15,995 nt of DNA, taken from Longimicrobiales bacterium (GTDB lineage Bacteria; Gemmatimonadota; Gemmatimonadetes; Longimicrobiales; Gaopeijiaceae). Both the position numbers and the translations under genes were made by a program. The notes under the pieces are model-generated. The model ran no database searches. It worked only from the letters and a program-made list of their open reading frames with translations, and was not told the origin of the DNA. Below are positions 1 to 7,879 of the stretch, in pieces (the stretch's first letter is position 1; each line of letters opens with the position of its first letter). The stretch lies in assembly GCA_965197725.1 (NCBI GenBank), contig CBDANQ010000013.1, positions 1-15,995 on the forward strand. The letters run 5' to 3'.

Positions 1-679
1 CACCTACAACCATGCGCACTCTAACCGACGGCGAAACGTGCTCCACTACGGTGATTGGCGAGACCGCGTCCACAAGGCCGAGCCACACGTCGCCCCCCTG
101 GACCGAATGCATGTGCCTCCGCCAGGCGGCAACGTTGCAGGCGCATGCGACTAACAAGGCGCCGTCACTCGCGGCCGGATGCCTCCCGAGCAAGGCTGCG
201 CTGATGGTTGCGCCACCAGAGTGTCCAACCATGACGACACGTGAGGCACCGAACCTTGCCCTAAGGTCCGAAATGACTCCTGCGATCACGTCCACGACTT
301 CGGCGGTATAGTTGTCGCCAGCCGTAAGCCCGACTTCGCCGTCCGATCGATCCCCGACTTCGTCCCTGTATCCGGGTCGCAGCACGGCGGCCACAATGAC
401 GTTGTCGATCGCCGCCGCCGCTCGCCGCGAGAAGACATAGTGGTACGTCGGCGGCAGCGAACCCATGAGATCGCCGTGTAGCACGAGCACCAGCGTCGGT
501 CCCTCGCCGAGGTTGGTGCTCGCGTGGACACGGGTCTTGATCCGCTGCTCGCCGACGGTCACCCATTGCGCGGTTCCAGCTGTGTCGATCGGCGCTGTGA
601 CGTCAGCGCACGAGGGCGCGACCACAAGGGTCAAGCCCGTCGCCACCAGGAGCGCCAGTCGATATCGGAGTGGTTGCAC
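1..679 (-). CDS. Secreted alpha/beta-fold hydrolase (esterase/lipase-like), partial; the 3' end runs off the window
   Basis: Hand translation from GTG 679 (in-frame TGA at 688-686 just upstream) is open to base 2: MQPLRYRLALLVATGLTLVVAPSCADV...PTLVLVLHGD...AVLRPGY...RVVMVGHSGGATISAALLGRHP...GALLVAC...VRVRMVVG. It has the HG oxyanion motif, the GHSGG nucleophile elbow and an N-terminal signal-like peptide. It is absent from the ORF track, probably because no stop lies in the window. Confidence 0.88.
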   Translation of the reverse strand, partial: MQPLRYRLALLVATGLTLVVAPSCADVTAPIDTAGTAQWVTVGEQRIKTRVHASTNLGEGPTLVLVLHGDLMGSLPPTYHYVFSRRAAAAIDNVIVAAVLRPGYRDEVGDRSDGEVGLTAGDNYTAEVVDVIAGVISDLRARFGASRVVMVGHSGGATISAALLGRHPAASDGALLVACACNVAAWRRHMHSVQGGDVWLGLVDAVSPITVVEHVSPSVRVRMVVG

Positions 680-838
680 TATGCGTCAAGGAAGGGGTCC
701 GTCGGCATCATATGTGGTGTCCGCCTACGAGCGCTAGTGAGCATCTGCGCAAGAACACTGGTGCGCCACGTTTTCCAAACCCGCGTGCGCTAAACAGTAA
801 CAAGTGTGGCTGCTTCCGTACCCTACTGGAGGTCGGCG

Positions 839-2035
839 ATGGTGAGCAAAGCAAGGAAGGACCGCATCTACCCGAGGGTTCAGGGATCCAGCGGAGCCAT
901 ACGGTATTACGCTGACCTCAGGGACCTCGGCGGAGGGCAATTGGCGCTTAAAGCACCAGGATCAGGCCGAGCCACGTCGGATCCGGACCAGGCCATAATC
1001 CTCCTCGGGAAAGTTTTGGGGGACCTCAGGGCCGGCAAGAGGCCATCGAAGACCGCCAGGCCCAAGAAACAACGCGGTGATGAAACGAGACTTGGAGCCA
1101 TGGCCCGGCGTCTTATCAAGGACAACCCGGGCGATGTTACCGAGAAGTGGCAAGGTGATGTCGAGCGGAGGCTCAGGCGTGCCCAGGAGTGGTTTGGTCA
1201 AGAGCGTAGCCTGACATCCATTGAGCCGAAACACGTGCGGGATTGGATCAACAAGCTCACAGCGGAGGGTTTCGCCAATGGCACGATCCGCCACCACCTC
1301 CATGCGTTGTCGAGCGTATATAGGTATGCACAGGAGCGTGACACAGTACCGCCATCCTGCAACCCGGTCGCAAGGCTCTATCGGAAGCCATCTGCCCGTC
1401 GAGACCGGAAGGAGAGCCAGAGGGCTGAATACCTTGAGATCCCTGATGCGGCCAAGGTCCTGGAGGCAGCTAGAACGCTCAAGCGCACTCGCCGTAACGG
1501 TCTGATCGAGTTCGTCCATCCGCTCGTGGCTACGTTCCTCCTCACGGGAGGGCGGAAAGCTGAAGTACTCGGGCTCACTTGGGGTGACATCGATTTCGCG
1601 CTGGGGCTCGTAACGTTCACGCCGAACCGATGGCGTGGCCTCAAACGCAAATGGTCAGAACGGACCGTGCCACTCTGGCCTCAGCTGCGGGAGATCTTGG
1701 AGGCGTATCGCCCTGCAAACTATGGTCCAAGTGATCTCGTGTTCCCGAGTCCGCGTACTGCACACGGAGGCAGGGAAGGGATGGTCAACGATCTGCGTAA
1801 GGCCATGGCTGAGCTGCGGAAGCAATCCAGCGTTAACCTTCCGGAAGGCGTGACAATCTTCCGCCACACCTACGCCACCGCTCGCCTCCAGACTACTGAC
1901 AACGGCAAGCAGATCGCCATCTGGACAGTAGCTAAAGAGCTAGGCCACAAGAACGTGTCCCGAGTAGAGGACACATACGGTCATCCCAGCCATTACCGCC
2001 CGAGAAGTGAGGTCGTGAAGTATCGAGTTTCGTAG
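839..2035 (+). CDS. Phage-integrase family tyrosine recombinase
   Basis: GGAGG at 828-832 precedes ATG 839, which fits better than the ORF-track GTG at 806. Core-binding region (IEPKHVRDWINKL...ANGTIRHHLHALSSVYRYA). Catalytic motifs: LLTGGRKAEVLGLTWGDIDF (R), GLK (K), TIFRHTYAT (HxxR box with H replaced by T), ELGH, and DTYGH (Y). Confidence 0.93.
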   Translation: MVSKARKDRIYPRVQGSSGAIRYYADLRDLGGGQLALKAPGSGRATSDPDQAIILLGKVLGDLRAGKRPSKTARPKKQRGDETRLGAMARRLIKDNPGDVTEKWQGDVERRLRRAQEWFGQERSLTSIEPKHVRDWINKLTAEGFANGTIRHHLHALSSVYRYAQERDTVPPSCNPVARLYRKPSARRDRKESQRAEYLEIPDAAKVLEAARTLKRTRRNGLIEFVHPLVATFLLTGGRKAEVLGLTWGDIDFALGLVTFTPNRWRGLKRKWSERTVPLWPQLREILEAYRPANYGPSDLVFPSPRTAHGGREGMVNDLRKAMAELRKQSSVNLPEGVTIFRHTYATARLQTTDNGKQIAIWTVAKELGHKNVSRVEDTYGHPSHYRPRSEVVKYRVS

Positions 2036-2052
2036 CCGACGAGCGCCTGGAC

Positions 2053-2670
2053 TCAGGAACCTCTCACTCGCACCGGTATGCGAACCCGAGTCCGCTCCCA
2101 CTCCAAGATGATGTTGGCCGAATCGATCCCCGTCTGCTCGGATCGGATGGTGAACTGTTCCACGTGCTCGTCAATGGACTCGCTCATTGCAAGTCCGCGT
2201 CCGACCTCCTGTGCCCGCACCTCGGCGATGTACTCATTGTCGAACTGGCCCATGTCGCGTGTGCGCCCGCCCTGACTCGTAGATGCGTTGACGACCACTA
2301 CCCACTCTCTCGTACTTGGCACAGTATAGATCGAGTATTTACCAGGCTCGATGGCAATTCCGGCAATCTCAGCAGCGAAGGGAAGGTGGATGGTCGTGGC
2401 TTCGTTGGCACCCGTTCGCCAGAGCATGTCGTACGGCACCAAGCCTCCGAAGATCACGCGGTCCCGCGCGATTGGACGAGAGTAGCAGATCTTAGCCTCC
2501 ATGTTCCCGACACGAACCGAGGCGGAGTCATAGGGACTCGGTCGTTGCGTGAGCTGTTCGCCGCTCGCCCGTGGCTCACACTTGAGCGGGACCTCCTGCG
2601 CGTGTGCACCGGCACTTAATAACGCGAGGGCTGCTAGCACCACCAGACGCACTCCGATGCCTTCGCTCAT
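2053..2670 (-). CDS. Exported DUF2911-family protein (205 aa)
   Basis: AAGGAGG RBS upstream of ATG 2670 (MSEGIGVRLVVLAALALLSAGAHA-Q, a signal peptide). Family motifs SP...YSRP...R.IFGGLVPY..LWRTGANEATTI, GKYSIYTVP...W and LEWERTRV. Confidence 0.85.
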   Translation of the reverse strand: MSEGIGVRLVVLAALALLSAGAHAQEVPLKCEPRASGEQLTQRPSPYDSASVRVGNMEAKICYSRPIARDRVIFGGLVPYDMLWRTGANEATTIHLPFAAEIAGIAIEPGKYSIYTVPSTREWVVVVNASTSQGGRTRDMGQFDNEYIAEVRAQEVGRGLAMSESIDEHVEQFTIRSEQTGIDSANIILEWERTRVRIPVRVRGS

Positions 2671-2705
2671 TTGATGCCTCCTTGATTCATCCGATAGCTG
2701 TCCCC

Positions 2706-2721
2706 TTGGACACGTGTCCGA
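2706..2721. promoter_or_regulatory. Palindrome GGACACGTGTCC upstream of the DUF2911 gene; possible operator
   Basis: Perfect 12-bp palindrome at 2708-2719, about 38 bp upstream of ATG 2670. Function is inferred only. Confidence 0.25.
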
Positions 2722-2773
2722 ACCTACCGCCTCCCGGGTGTTGGAGCCCATCCGCAACAACAACGCAGGCCCG

Positions 2774-2794
2774 AGACCCCCCCCTGGGGCATAT
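2774..2794 (+). other. C8-T-G4 tract (AGACCCCCCCCTGGGGCATAT): possible tRNA-3'-end att remnant or CsoR/CstR-like operator
   Basis: The tract is seen directly. It resembles the T-stem/acceptor end of a tRNA (CCCCC-CTGGGGC-A), and also the C/G-tract operators of the CsoR/CstR family (TACCC..GGGTA) with mismatches. Confidence 0.2.
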
Positions 2795-3045
2795 GGAGAG
2801 TCCTCGACGTATTTGATGTATTGGTGGCCGAGGCGCGGTCAGGAAGGCTGTAAGCACTAGCAGGCCTTGGAGAGGGCGGGAGATCATCGAGCCTCCTGGG
2901 GTTCTGCAGCGCGGACCGACCTATTCCTTGGTGCTGAAATGTACACGGGTTCCCTGGTCCCGTCGTTGTCGGAAACCCCTCGTCTACTCACGTCGTGGAC
3001 TATATTGTGATCCGAGGCCCCTAAACCTCCCTGGTCCGATAGCCG

Positions 3046-3609
3046 ATGACATTCCTAACCCAGCCCTGGCCGTGGTACGTCGTGGGGCCACTCATCGGCC
3101 TCGTTGTACCCGTTGTGTACTTGTACGCGGGTCGCAAATGGGGCATCTCGTCAACCTTCCGTGACGTCTGTACCGCAGTAGTTCCTGCCGGCAAAGACTA
3201 CTTCAAGTACTCGTGGCGTGAAGTCGGCGGCTGGCGCCTGACGATGGCTTTAGGCCTGCTCATGGGTGGCTTCCTCGGAAGCCTGACGGGCGCGACGTAC
3301 GTAGCTATCTCAGACGCCACGCTCGACGACCTGGCAGGCCTCGGTCTGACGGATTTCAGTGGTCTAGTGCCGGCAGAACTCTTCTCGTGGGAGGCATTGG
3401 CGACCGTACCTGGCGCGATCCTGATTTTGGGGGGAGGCTTCCTCGTCGGTTTTGGAACGCGCTATGCGAATGGCTGCACTTCGGGCCACGCGATATCGGG
3501 TCTTTCGGCACTTCGCGTGACGTCGCTGGTCGCAGTGATCGGCTTCTTCATCGGAGGATTGATCACGACGCATCTGCTTTTGCCCATGATCATCGGGGGG
3601 ACGCTCTGA
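3046..3609 (+). CDS. YeeE/YedE-family sulfur (thiosulfate) transport membrane protein, subunit 1 (187 aa)
   Basis: Multi-TM protein with PWPWYVVGPLIG, GISS and GGFLVGFGTRYANGCTSGHAISGLS (conserved GCTSGH cysteine motif). Confidence 0.9.
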   Translation: MTFLTQPWPWYVVGPLIGLVVPVVYLYAGRKWGISSTFRDVCTAVVPAGKDYFKYSWREVGGWRLTMALGLLMGGFLGSLTGATYVAISDATLDDLAGLGLTDFSGLVPAELFSWEALATVPGAILILGGGFLVGFGTRYANGCTSGHAISGLSALRVTSLVAVIGFFIGGLITTHLLLPMIIGGTL

Positions 3610-4046
3610 TGGGCGAGCCACGGGAGCAGCTTTGGCCCTACGGGGTTGTCGGTATCTATCTCGGACTCGTCTTTACCCGCGGAGAGGTCGTTTCCTGGTT
3701 CCGCATCCAGGAGATGTTCCGATTCCAGGCTTTTCACATGTACGGGATCATTGGGTCGGCCGTCCTCGTCGGGGCAACGGGTGTTTGGCTCATCAAGCGA
3801 CTCGACGCCAGGTCGCTGACGCGACGCTCGATGGAAATCCCGAGCGAGGACTTCAAGGCTCCCGGGTATCAGTACTGGTTGGGTGGCACCCTGTTCGGGC
3901 TCGGTTGGGGGCTGATCGGCGCGTGCCCTGGGCCGATCTACGTCCTCATAGGAAGCGGCGTCACGGTCATGTTCGCTGCTTTCATCAGCGCCCTTGCTGG
4001 CGTCTGGACTTACGCTGCCGTCCGTCATCTGCTACCTCACAGTTAA
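3609..4046 (+). CDS. YeeE/YedE-family small membrane protein, subunit 2 (145 aa)
   Basis: ATG 3609 overlaps the upstream stop (TGATG). Motifs SWFRIQEMFRFQAFHMYGIIGSAV and GGTLFGLGWGLIGACPGP. The ORF-track start at 3387 lies inside the upstream gene. Confidence 0.88.
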   Translation: MGEPREQLWPYGVVGIYLGLVFTRGEVVSWFRIQEMFRFQAFHMYGIIGSAVLVGATGVWLIKRLDARSLTRRSMEIPSEDFKAPGYQYWLGGTLFGLGWGLIGACPGPIYVLIGSGVTVMFAAFISALAGVWTYAAVRHLLPHS

Positions 4047-4073
4047 CACACTCGGAGCCGTCAGGATACAGAC

Positions 4074-5495
4074 ATGTTTTTTCGCCAAATCTTCGACCCT
4101 GCGCTTGCCCAGTACACCTACCTCATCGGCTGTCAGCAGACCGGGGAGGCCCTCGTTATCGACCCCGAGCGGGACATCGATCGCTACATGGAGATCGCCG
4201 CGGAGGAGGATCTCCGAGTCGTGGGCGTGACTGAAACGCACATCCACGCCGATTTTCTCTCTGGGGCCCGCGAGTTCAGTGACCGACATGGCGTGAAACT
4301 CTTCCTGTCCGATGAGGGAGACTCGGATTGGAAGTACAATTGGGTCAAGACCGGTGACCACGACGTCCAGCTCCTCAAGGACAACGATGTCTTCGCGATC
4401 GGTAAGATTCGGATCCAGGCACTCCATACGCCGGGACACACGCCCGAGCACATGAGTTTCCTGATAACGGACCTCGGCGGAGGGGCCGACGAGCCGATCG
4501 GTATCGTGTCCGGTGATTTCGCCTTCGTCGGTGATCTCGGACGTCCTGATCTGCTGGAGACGGCCGCTGGCGTCGTGGGCGCCCGCGAGCCTTCGGCCCA
4601 CCGACTGTTCGATTCGACCAAGCGTTTTCTTGCCCTCGAGGATCATGTGCAGGTGTGGCCTGGTCACGGCGCGGGCAGCGCGTGCGGGAAGGCGCTCGGC
4701 GCTGTTCCACAGTCGACCGTAGGGTATGAGCGGCGCTTCAACGTCGGGTTCTCTTTCGACGACGCTGATAGTTTCGTCGACGCTATTCTCGAAGGTCAGC
4801 CCGAGCCGCCACTCTACTTCGCCCGGATGAAAGATCTGAACAAGAACGGTGTGCCGGTGCTCGGCGACGTCCTGACGCCCAAGCTTTATAGCGTCGAGCA
4901 GCTGACCGAACGAGGGGCCGCCAAGGGCGCGGTGATTGTCGATACGCGAGCCGATCGCGAGGCCTACATGGCCGGCCACATCCCCGGATCGCTCCACGCC
5001 CCCCTCGGCATCGACTTCGTGATGATCGTCGGCTCGTACGTCGATCCGACGACGAGTATCTACCTGTTGGTGGATTCGGCGAGCGTGGACGAGGCCGCGC
5101 GCACCTTGGCGCGGATCGGCTACGATCATGTTGCCGGTTACGCGCCTCCCGAGAAGTTGATCGATTCAGGGGCTGCCCAGGAGGTGACTCCGAGAATCGC
5201 GTTCAGTGACCTTGGCACTGACATCGATCCTGACGAATACACCATCCTGGATGTCCGTAGCGCGGCGGAGTACGCCGAAGGCCATCTCCCAGATGCGGTC
5301 AACATCGCGCACACGCGGCTCGCGAACCGCATCGACGAGGTAGCGACTGACAAGCCGATACTCGCGTACTGCCGCACCGGTAACCGTGCGGCTGCTGCAG
5401 CGTCGCTGTTGAGGAAGGAAGGCTACGACGTAACCTTGGTCGACGGCATGTTCTCCACGTGGCCCGGTTGGGCCAAGACTGGGGGAGTGCGATGA
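4074..5495 (+). CDS. MBL-fold persulfide dioxygenase fused to a pseudo-rhodanese and a rhodanese domain (CstB-like architecture)
   Basis: ETHIHADFLSG, HTPGHTPEH, GDFAFVGDLGRPD and PGHGAGSACGK (Cys204). The middle rhodanese-like domain (VIVDTR...GHIPGS) lacks the active Cys. The C-terminal rhodanese has ILDVR..EY..GHLPDA and YCRTGNRA (Cys433). AGGA RBS upstream. Confidence 0.92.
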   Translation: MFFRQIFDPALAQYTYLIGCQQTGEALVIDPERDIDRYMEIAAEEDLRVVGVTETHIHADFLSGAREFSDRHGVKLFLSDEGDSDWKYNWVKTGDHDVQLLKDNDVFAIGKIRIQALHTPGHTPEHMSFLITDLGGGADEPIGIVSGDFAFVGDLGRPDLLETAAGVVGAREPSAHRLFDSTKRFLALEDHVQVWPGHGAGSACGKALGAVPQSTVGYERRFNVGFSFDDADSFVDAILEGQPEPPLYFARMKDLNKNGVPVLGDVLTPKLYSVEQLTERGAAKGAVIVDTRADREAYMAGHIPGSLHAPLGIDFVMIVGSYVDPTTSIYLLVDSASVDEAARTLARIGYDHVAGYAPPEKLIDSGAAQEVTPRIAFSDLGTDIDPDEYTILDVRSAAEYAEGHLPDAVNIAHTRLANRIDEVATDKPILAYCRTGNRAAAAASLLRKEGYDVTLVDGMFSTWPGWAKTGGVR

Positions 5496-5918
5496 GCACG
5501 ACCACCGGCGGGCTGCCCCCGAGGTCCCAGCCCGAATCCTTGCGGGCCCGATCGCTCTCGGTCTCGCTTACCGTACAGGACTTTCCGAAGAGCCTCGCCT
5601 GGTACACGGAGGTGGTAGGATTCACCCTCGACCAGACATACGAGCGCGAAGGGGAGGTCGTGGGAGCTGCCATCAAGGCGGGGCGCGTGCGCCTTTCGCT
5701 GTCGCAGGATGACGGCAAGAAGGGCCTGGACCGCAAAAAGGGGCGAGGGCATGCGGATCTACATCGCCACCGCGCAGGACGTGGATGGGGTGGCCAACGC
5801 CATCAAGGGAAGGGGCGGGAAGCTTGCATCCGAGCCTGCAGACATGCCGTGGGGCGTACGGGCCTTCGATCTGGTGGACCCGGACGGCTTCCTGCTGACG
5901 ATCTCTTCGGAGATGTAG
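5492..5918 (+). pseudogene. VOC/glyoxalase-bleomycin resistance family protein split by a one-base frameshift (real lesion or sequencing error)
   Basis: ATG 5492 overlaps the previous stop (ATGA). The N-half (LTVQDFPKSLAWYTEVVGF...RKKG) and the C-half (EGMRIYIATAQDVD...EPADMPWGVRAFDLVDPDGFLLTIS) lie in different frames. Removing one G from AAAAAGGGG (5735-5743) gives a continuous protein of about 141 aa. Confidence 0.82.
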
Positions 5919-5925
5919 GCTGAGG

Positions 5926-7743
5926 TCAGATCTCCCGGCCTGCTTCTACCAGGGGCTCTTCGCCGGGGTTGATGTAGAGGTCCTTCATCAAGCCGTACTG
6001 CTTCTCGTAAAGACGACGGTAGAGCCCGCCCAAAGCGATCAGCTCTTGGTGCGTGCCCCGCTCCACGATCTTTCCCTCATCCAGCACTAGGATCTGGTCA
6101 GCGCTTCGAATGGTGGATAGGCGGTGAGCGATCACGAACGTGGTGCGGCCCTTCCGCAACACCCTGAGGCCGTCCTGAATGAGCGCCTCAGCCTCGCTGT
6201 CGAGGCTCGATGTGGCCTCGTCCAGGATCAGCACCCGTGGGTTCGCCAAAATGGCGCGTGCGATCCCGATCCTCTGCCTCTGTCCGCCCGATAATTTCAC
6301 GCCGCGCTCCCCGACCACGGTGTCGTACTGCTCATCGAACCGTTCGATGAATTCGTCGCAGTGAGCGATCCGCGACGCTGTCTTGATGTCTTCGTCGCTC
6401 GCCCCTGGGTTCGCGAAGGCGATGTTTTCCCTGACCGTGCCATCGAAGAGAAAATTATCCTGCATGACGACGCCGAGGAGCTGACGGTAGTCGCGCAGCT
6501 TCAAGTCGATGAGATTCTTCCCGTCCACCTTCACGTTGCCACGAAGGGGCCTATGGAAGGCCATCACCAACCCGATCAAAGTGCTCTTGCCCGAGCCTGA
6601 CCGCCCAACCAAAGCTGTGGTCGTGCCTGCGGGGGCGTGGAATGAGATCTCCTTGAGGACGGGAGTATCGGGCTTGTACTCGAATGTCACGTTTTCGAAT
6701 CTTACGTCGCCGGCCAGGTCCGAGATCGCCTCACGTTGCGCATCGTCGTCATCCTCCGTGCGGACCGCGCGTAGTTCATGTATGCGGTCGAGCCCGGCGA
6801 AGGCCTCAGTGACTTGGGTGCCGATCGAGGAGATCTGGATCAGCGGAGCCACCATCACGCCCACGTAGAGGACGTAGCTGAACAGCTCACCGGTGGTCAT
6901 TTGACCAGCCAGGATCGAGCGACCGCCCACCCACAGGACGGTCACACCAATGGCGCCCACGATAACGGTGGAGATGGCGGCGATCGCCGAGGTGCCCGTG
7001 ATGGTTGAGGCAATATTCTTGAAGAGCCTGTCCACGCCGGCCCCGAAGACCGCTTCTTCGCGGTCCTCGGCGACGTAGGTCTTCACCAAGCGCACTCCGC
7101 CCAGGGCCTCGGTCAGCCGCCCCGTGACCTCGGCGTTGATCGCTCCCCGCTTCCGGAAGATCGGGCGCAGCCTCTTGAACGCGAACGCCATGGACCCCGC
7201 GAACACGAGCAGGAACCCGACGCTGCCGAGTGTCAGTCTCAGGTTGAGCGCGAGGAGGATCGCGAACGCGATGATCGCGGTCATCAAGCCACCGATCAGC
7301 TGAACGAGCCCGGTGCCAACCAGGTTCCGGATCCCCTCCGGGTCCGTCATGATGCGGGAGATGAGCACCCCGGTCTTAGTGGAATCGAAGTAGCTGACCG
7401 GCAGGCGCAGGACGTGCCCCTGGATTTCCTTCCGCATCTTGGCGATGGCGCCCTGCGCGGCGACGCTCACTACCTGCGAGAGCGTGAAGGAGGTGGCGGC
7501 CTGGATTACGGTGGCCGCGGCCGCGACCGTCACCAGCGTCCACAAGAGGTCAGTCCGTTGCTGCGCTATCACGTCGTCGATCAGAAACTTGGGCATGGCC
7601 GGAAGGGCCAGGCCCGCCAACCGGTTTACGACCATGAGCGCGAGCCCGAGAGACAGGGTCTTGCGGTGCTCTCGGATCAGGGAGCCCGCTTCTGCGCGTA
7701 CGTTCTCGAAGTCGACCTTGGACCGCTTCGGCTTTTCGGACAT
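5926..7743 (-). CDS. ABC exporter, fused TMD-NBD (MsbA/Sav1866-like), 605 aa
   Basis: Likely start ATG 7743 (MSEKPKRSK); the ORF-track extension to 8007 overlaps the divergent gene. Multi-TM region followed by Walker A GRSGSGKST, LSGGQ, Walker B VLILDE, SSLD and IAHRLSTI. Confidence 0.93.
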   Translation of the reverse strand: MSEKPKRSKVDFENVRAEAGSLIREHRKTLSLGLALMVVNRLAGLALPAMPKFLIDDVIAQQRTDLLWTLVTVAAAATVIQAATSFTLSQVVSVAAQGAIAKMRKEIQGHVLRLPVSYFDSTKTGVLISRIMTDPEGIRNLVGTGLVQLIGGLMTAIIAFAILLALNLRLTLGSVGFLLVFAGSMAFAFKRLRPIFRKRGAINAEVTGRLTEALGGVRLVKTYVAEDREEAVFGAGVDRLFKNIASTITGTSAIAAISTVIVGAIGVTVLWVGGRSILAGQMTTGELFSYVLYVGVMVAPLIQISSIGTQVTEAFAGLDRIHELRAVRTEDDDDAQREAISDLAGDVRFENVTFEYKPDTPVLKEISFHAPAGTTTALVGRSGSGKSTLIGLVMAFHRPLRGNVKVDGKNLIDLKLRDYRQLLGVVMQDNFLFDGTVRENIAFANPGASDEDIKTASRIAHCDEFIERFDEQYDTVVGERGVKLSGGQRQRIGIARAILANPRVLILDEATSSLDSEAEALIQDGLRVLRKGRTTFVIAHRLSTIRSADQILVLDEGKIVERGTHQELIALGGLYRRLYEKQYGLMKDLYINPGEEPLVEAGREI

Positions 7744-7879
7744 TTCTAAAGCTAATCTGAGCTGCGCCGGAAGGGGAAAGGGCACACCGCCAAGAGGCGA
7801 CCTATCCTTGACTGGAAACAGCCGTTTCGTAACTGTTCCTGGCGCCGGTCCGCCTGTTTCGGGAGTGCTTCCTCCCATC

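Noticed and set aside
293..362. Three copies of CGACTTCG
   Set aside because: Encodes repeated E-V dipeptides inside the hydrolase; too short and irregular for CRISPR or att repeats.
12..940. Short ORF-track ORFs in the first kilobase
   Set aside because: All are alternative frames of the minus-strand hydrolase or span the intergenic region; no motifs.
680..2700. Integron interpretation (integrase with oppositely oriented cassette-like genes)
   Set aside because: No IntI-specific insertion in the catalytic domain and no attC-like RYYYAAC...GTTRRRY hairpins seen next to the genes.
2951..3037. 10-bp direct repeat TCCCTGGTCC (2951-2960, 3028-3037) and TATATT at 3001 upstream of the sulfur operon
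   Set aside because: Short enough to be chance, and no matching -35 element; insufficient to call a promoter or operator.
4032..5129. 365-aa antisense ORF over the persulfide dioxygenase
   Set aside because: Shadow ORF expected in GC-rich coding DNA; no motifs.
7808..7836. TTGACT...TAACTG sigma70-like promoter for the glycan operon
   Set aside because: Good -35 but poor -10 at acceptable spacing; not supportable.
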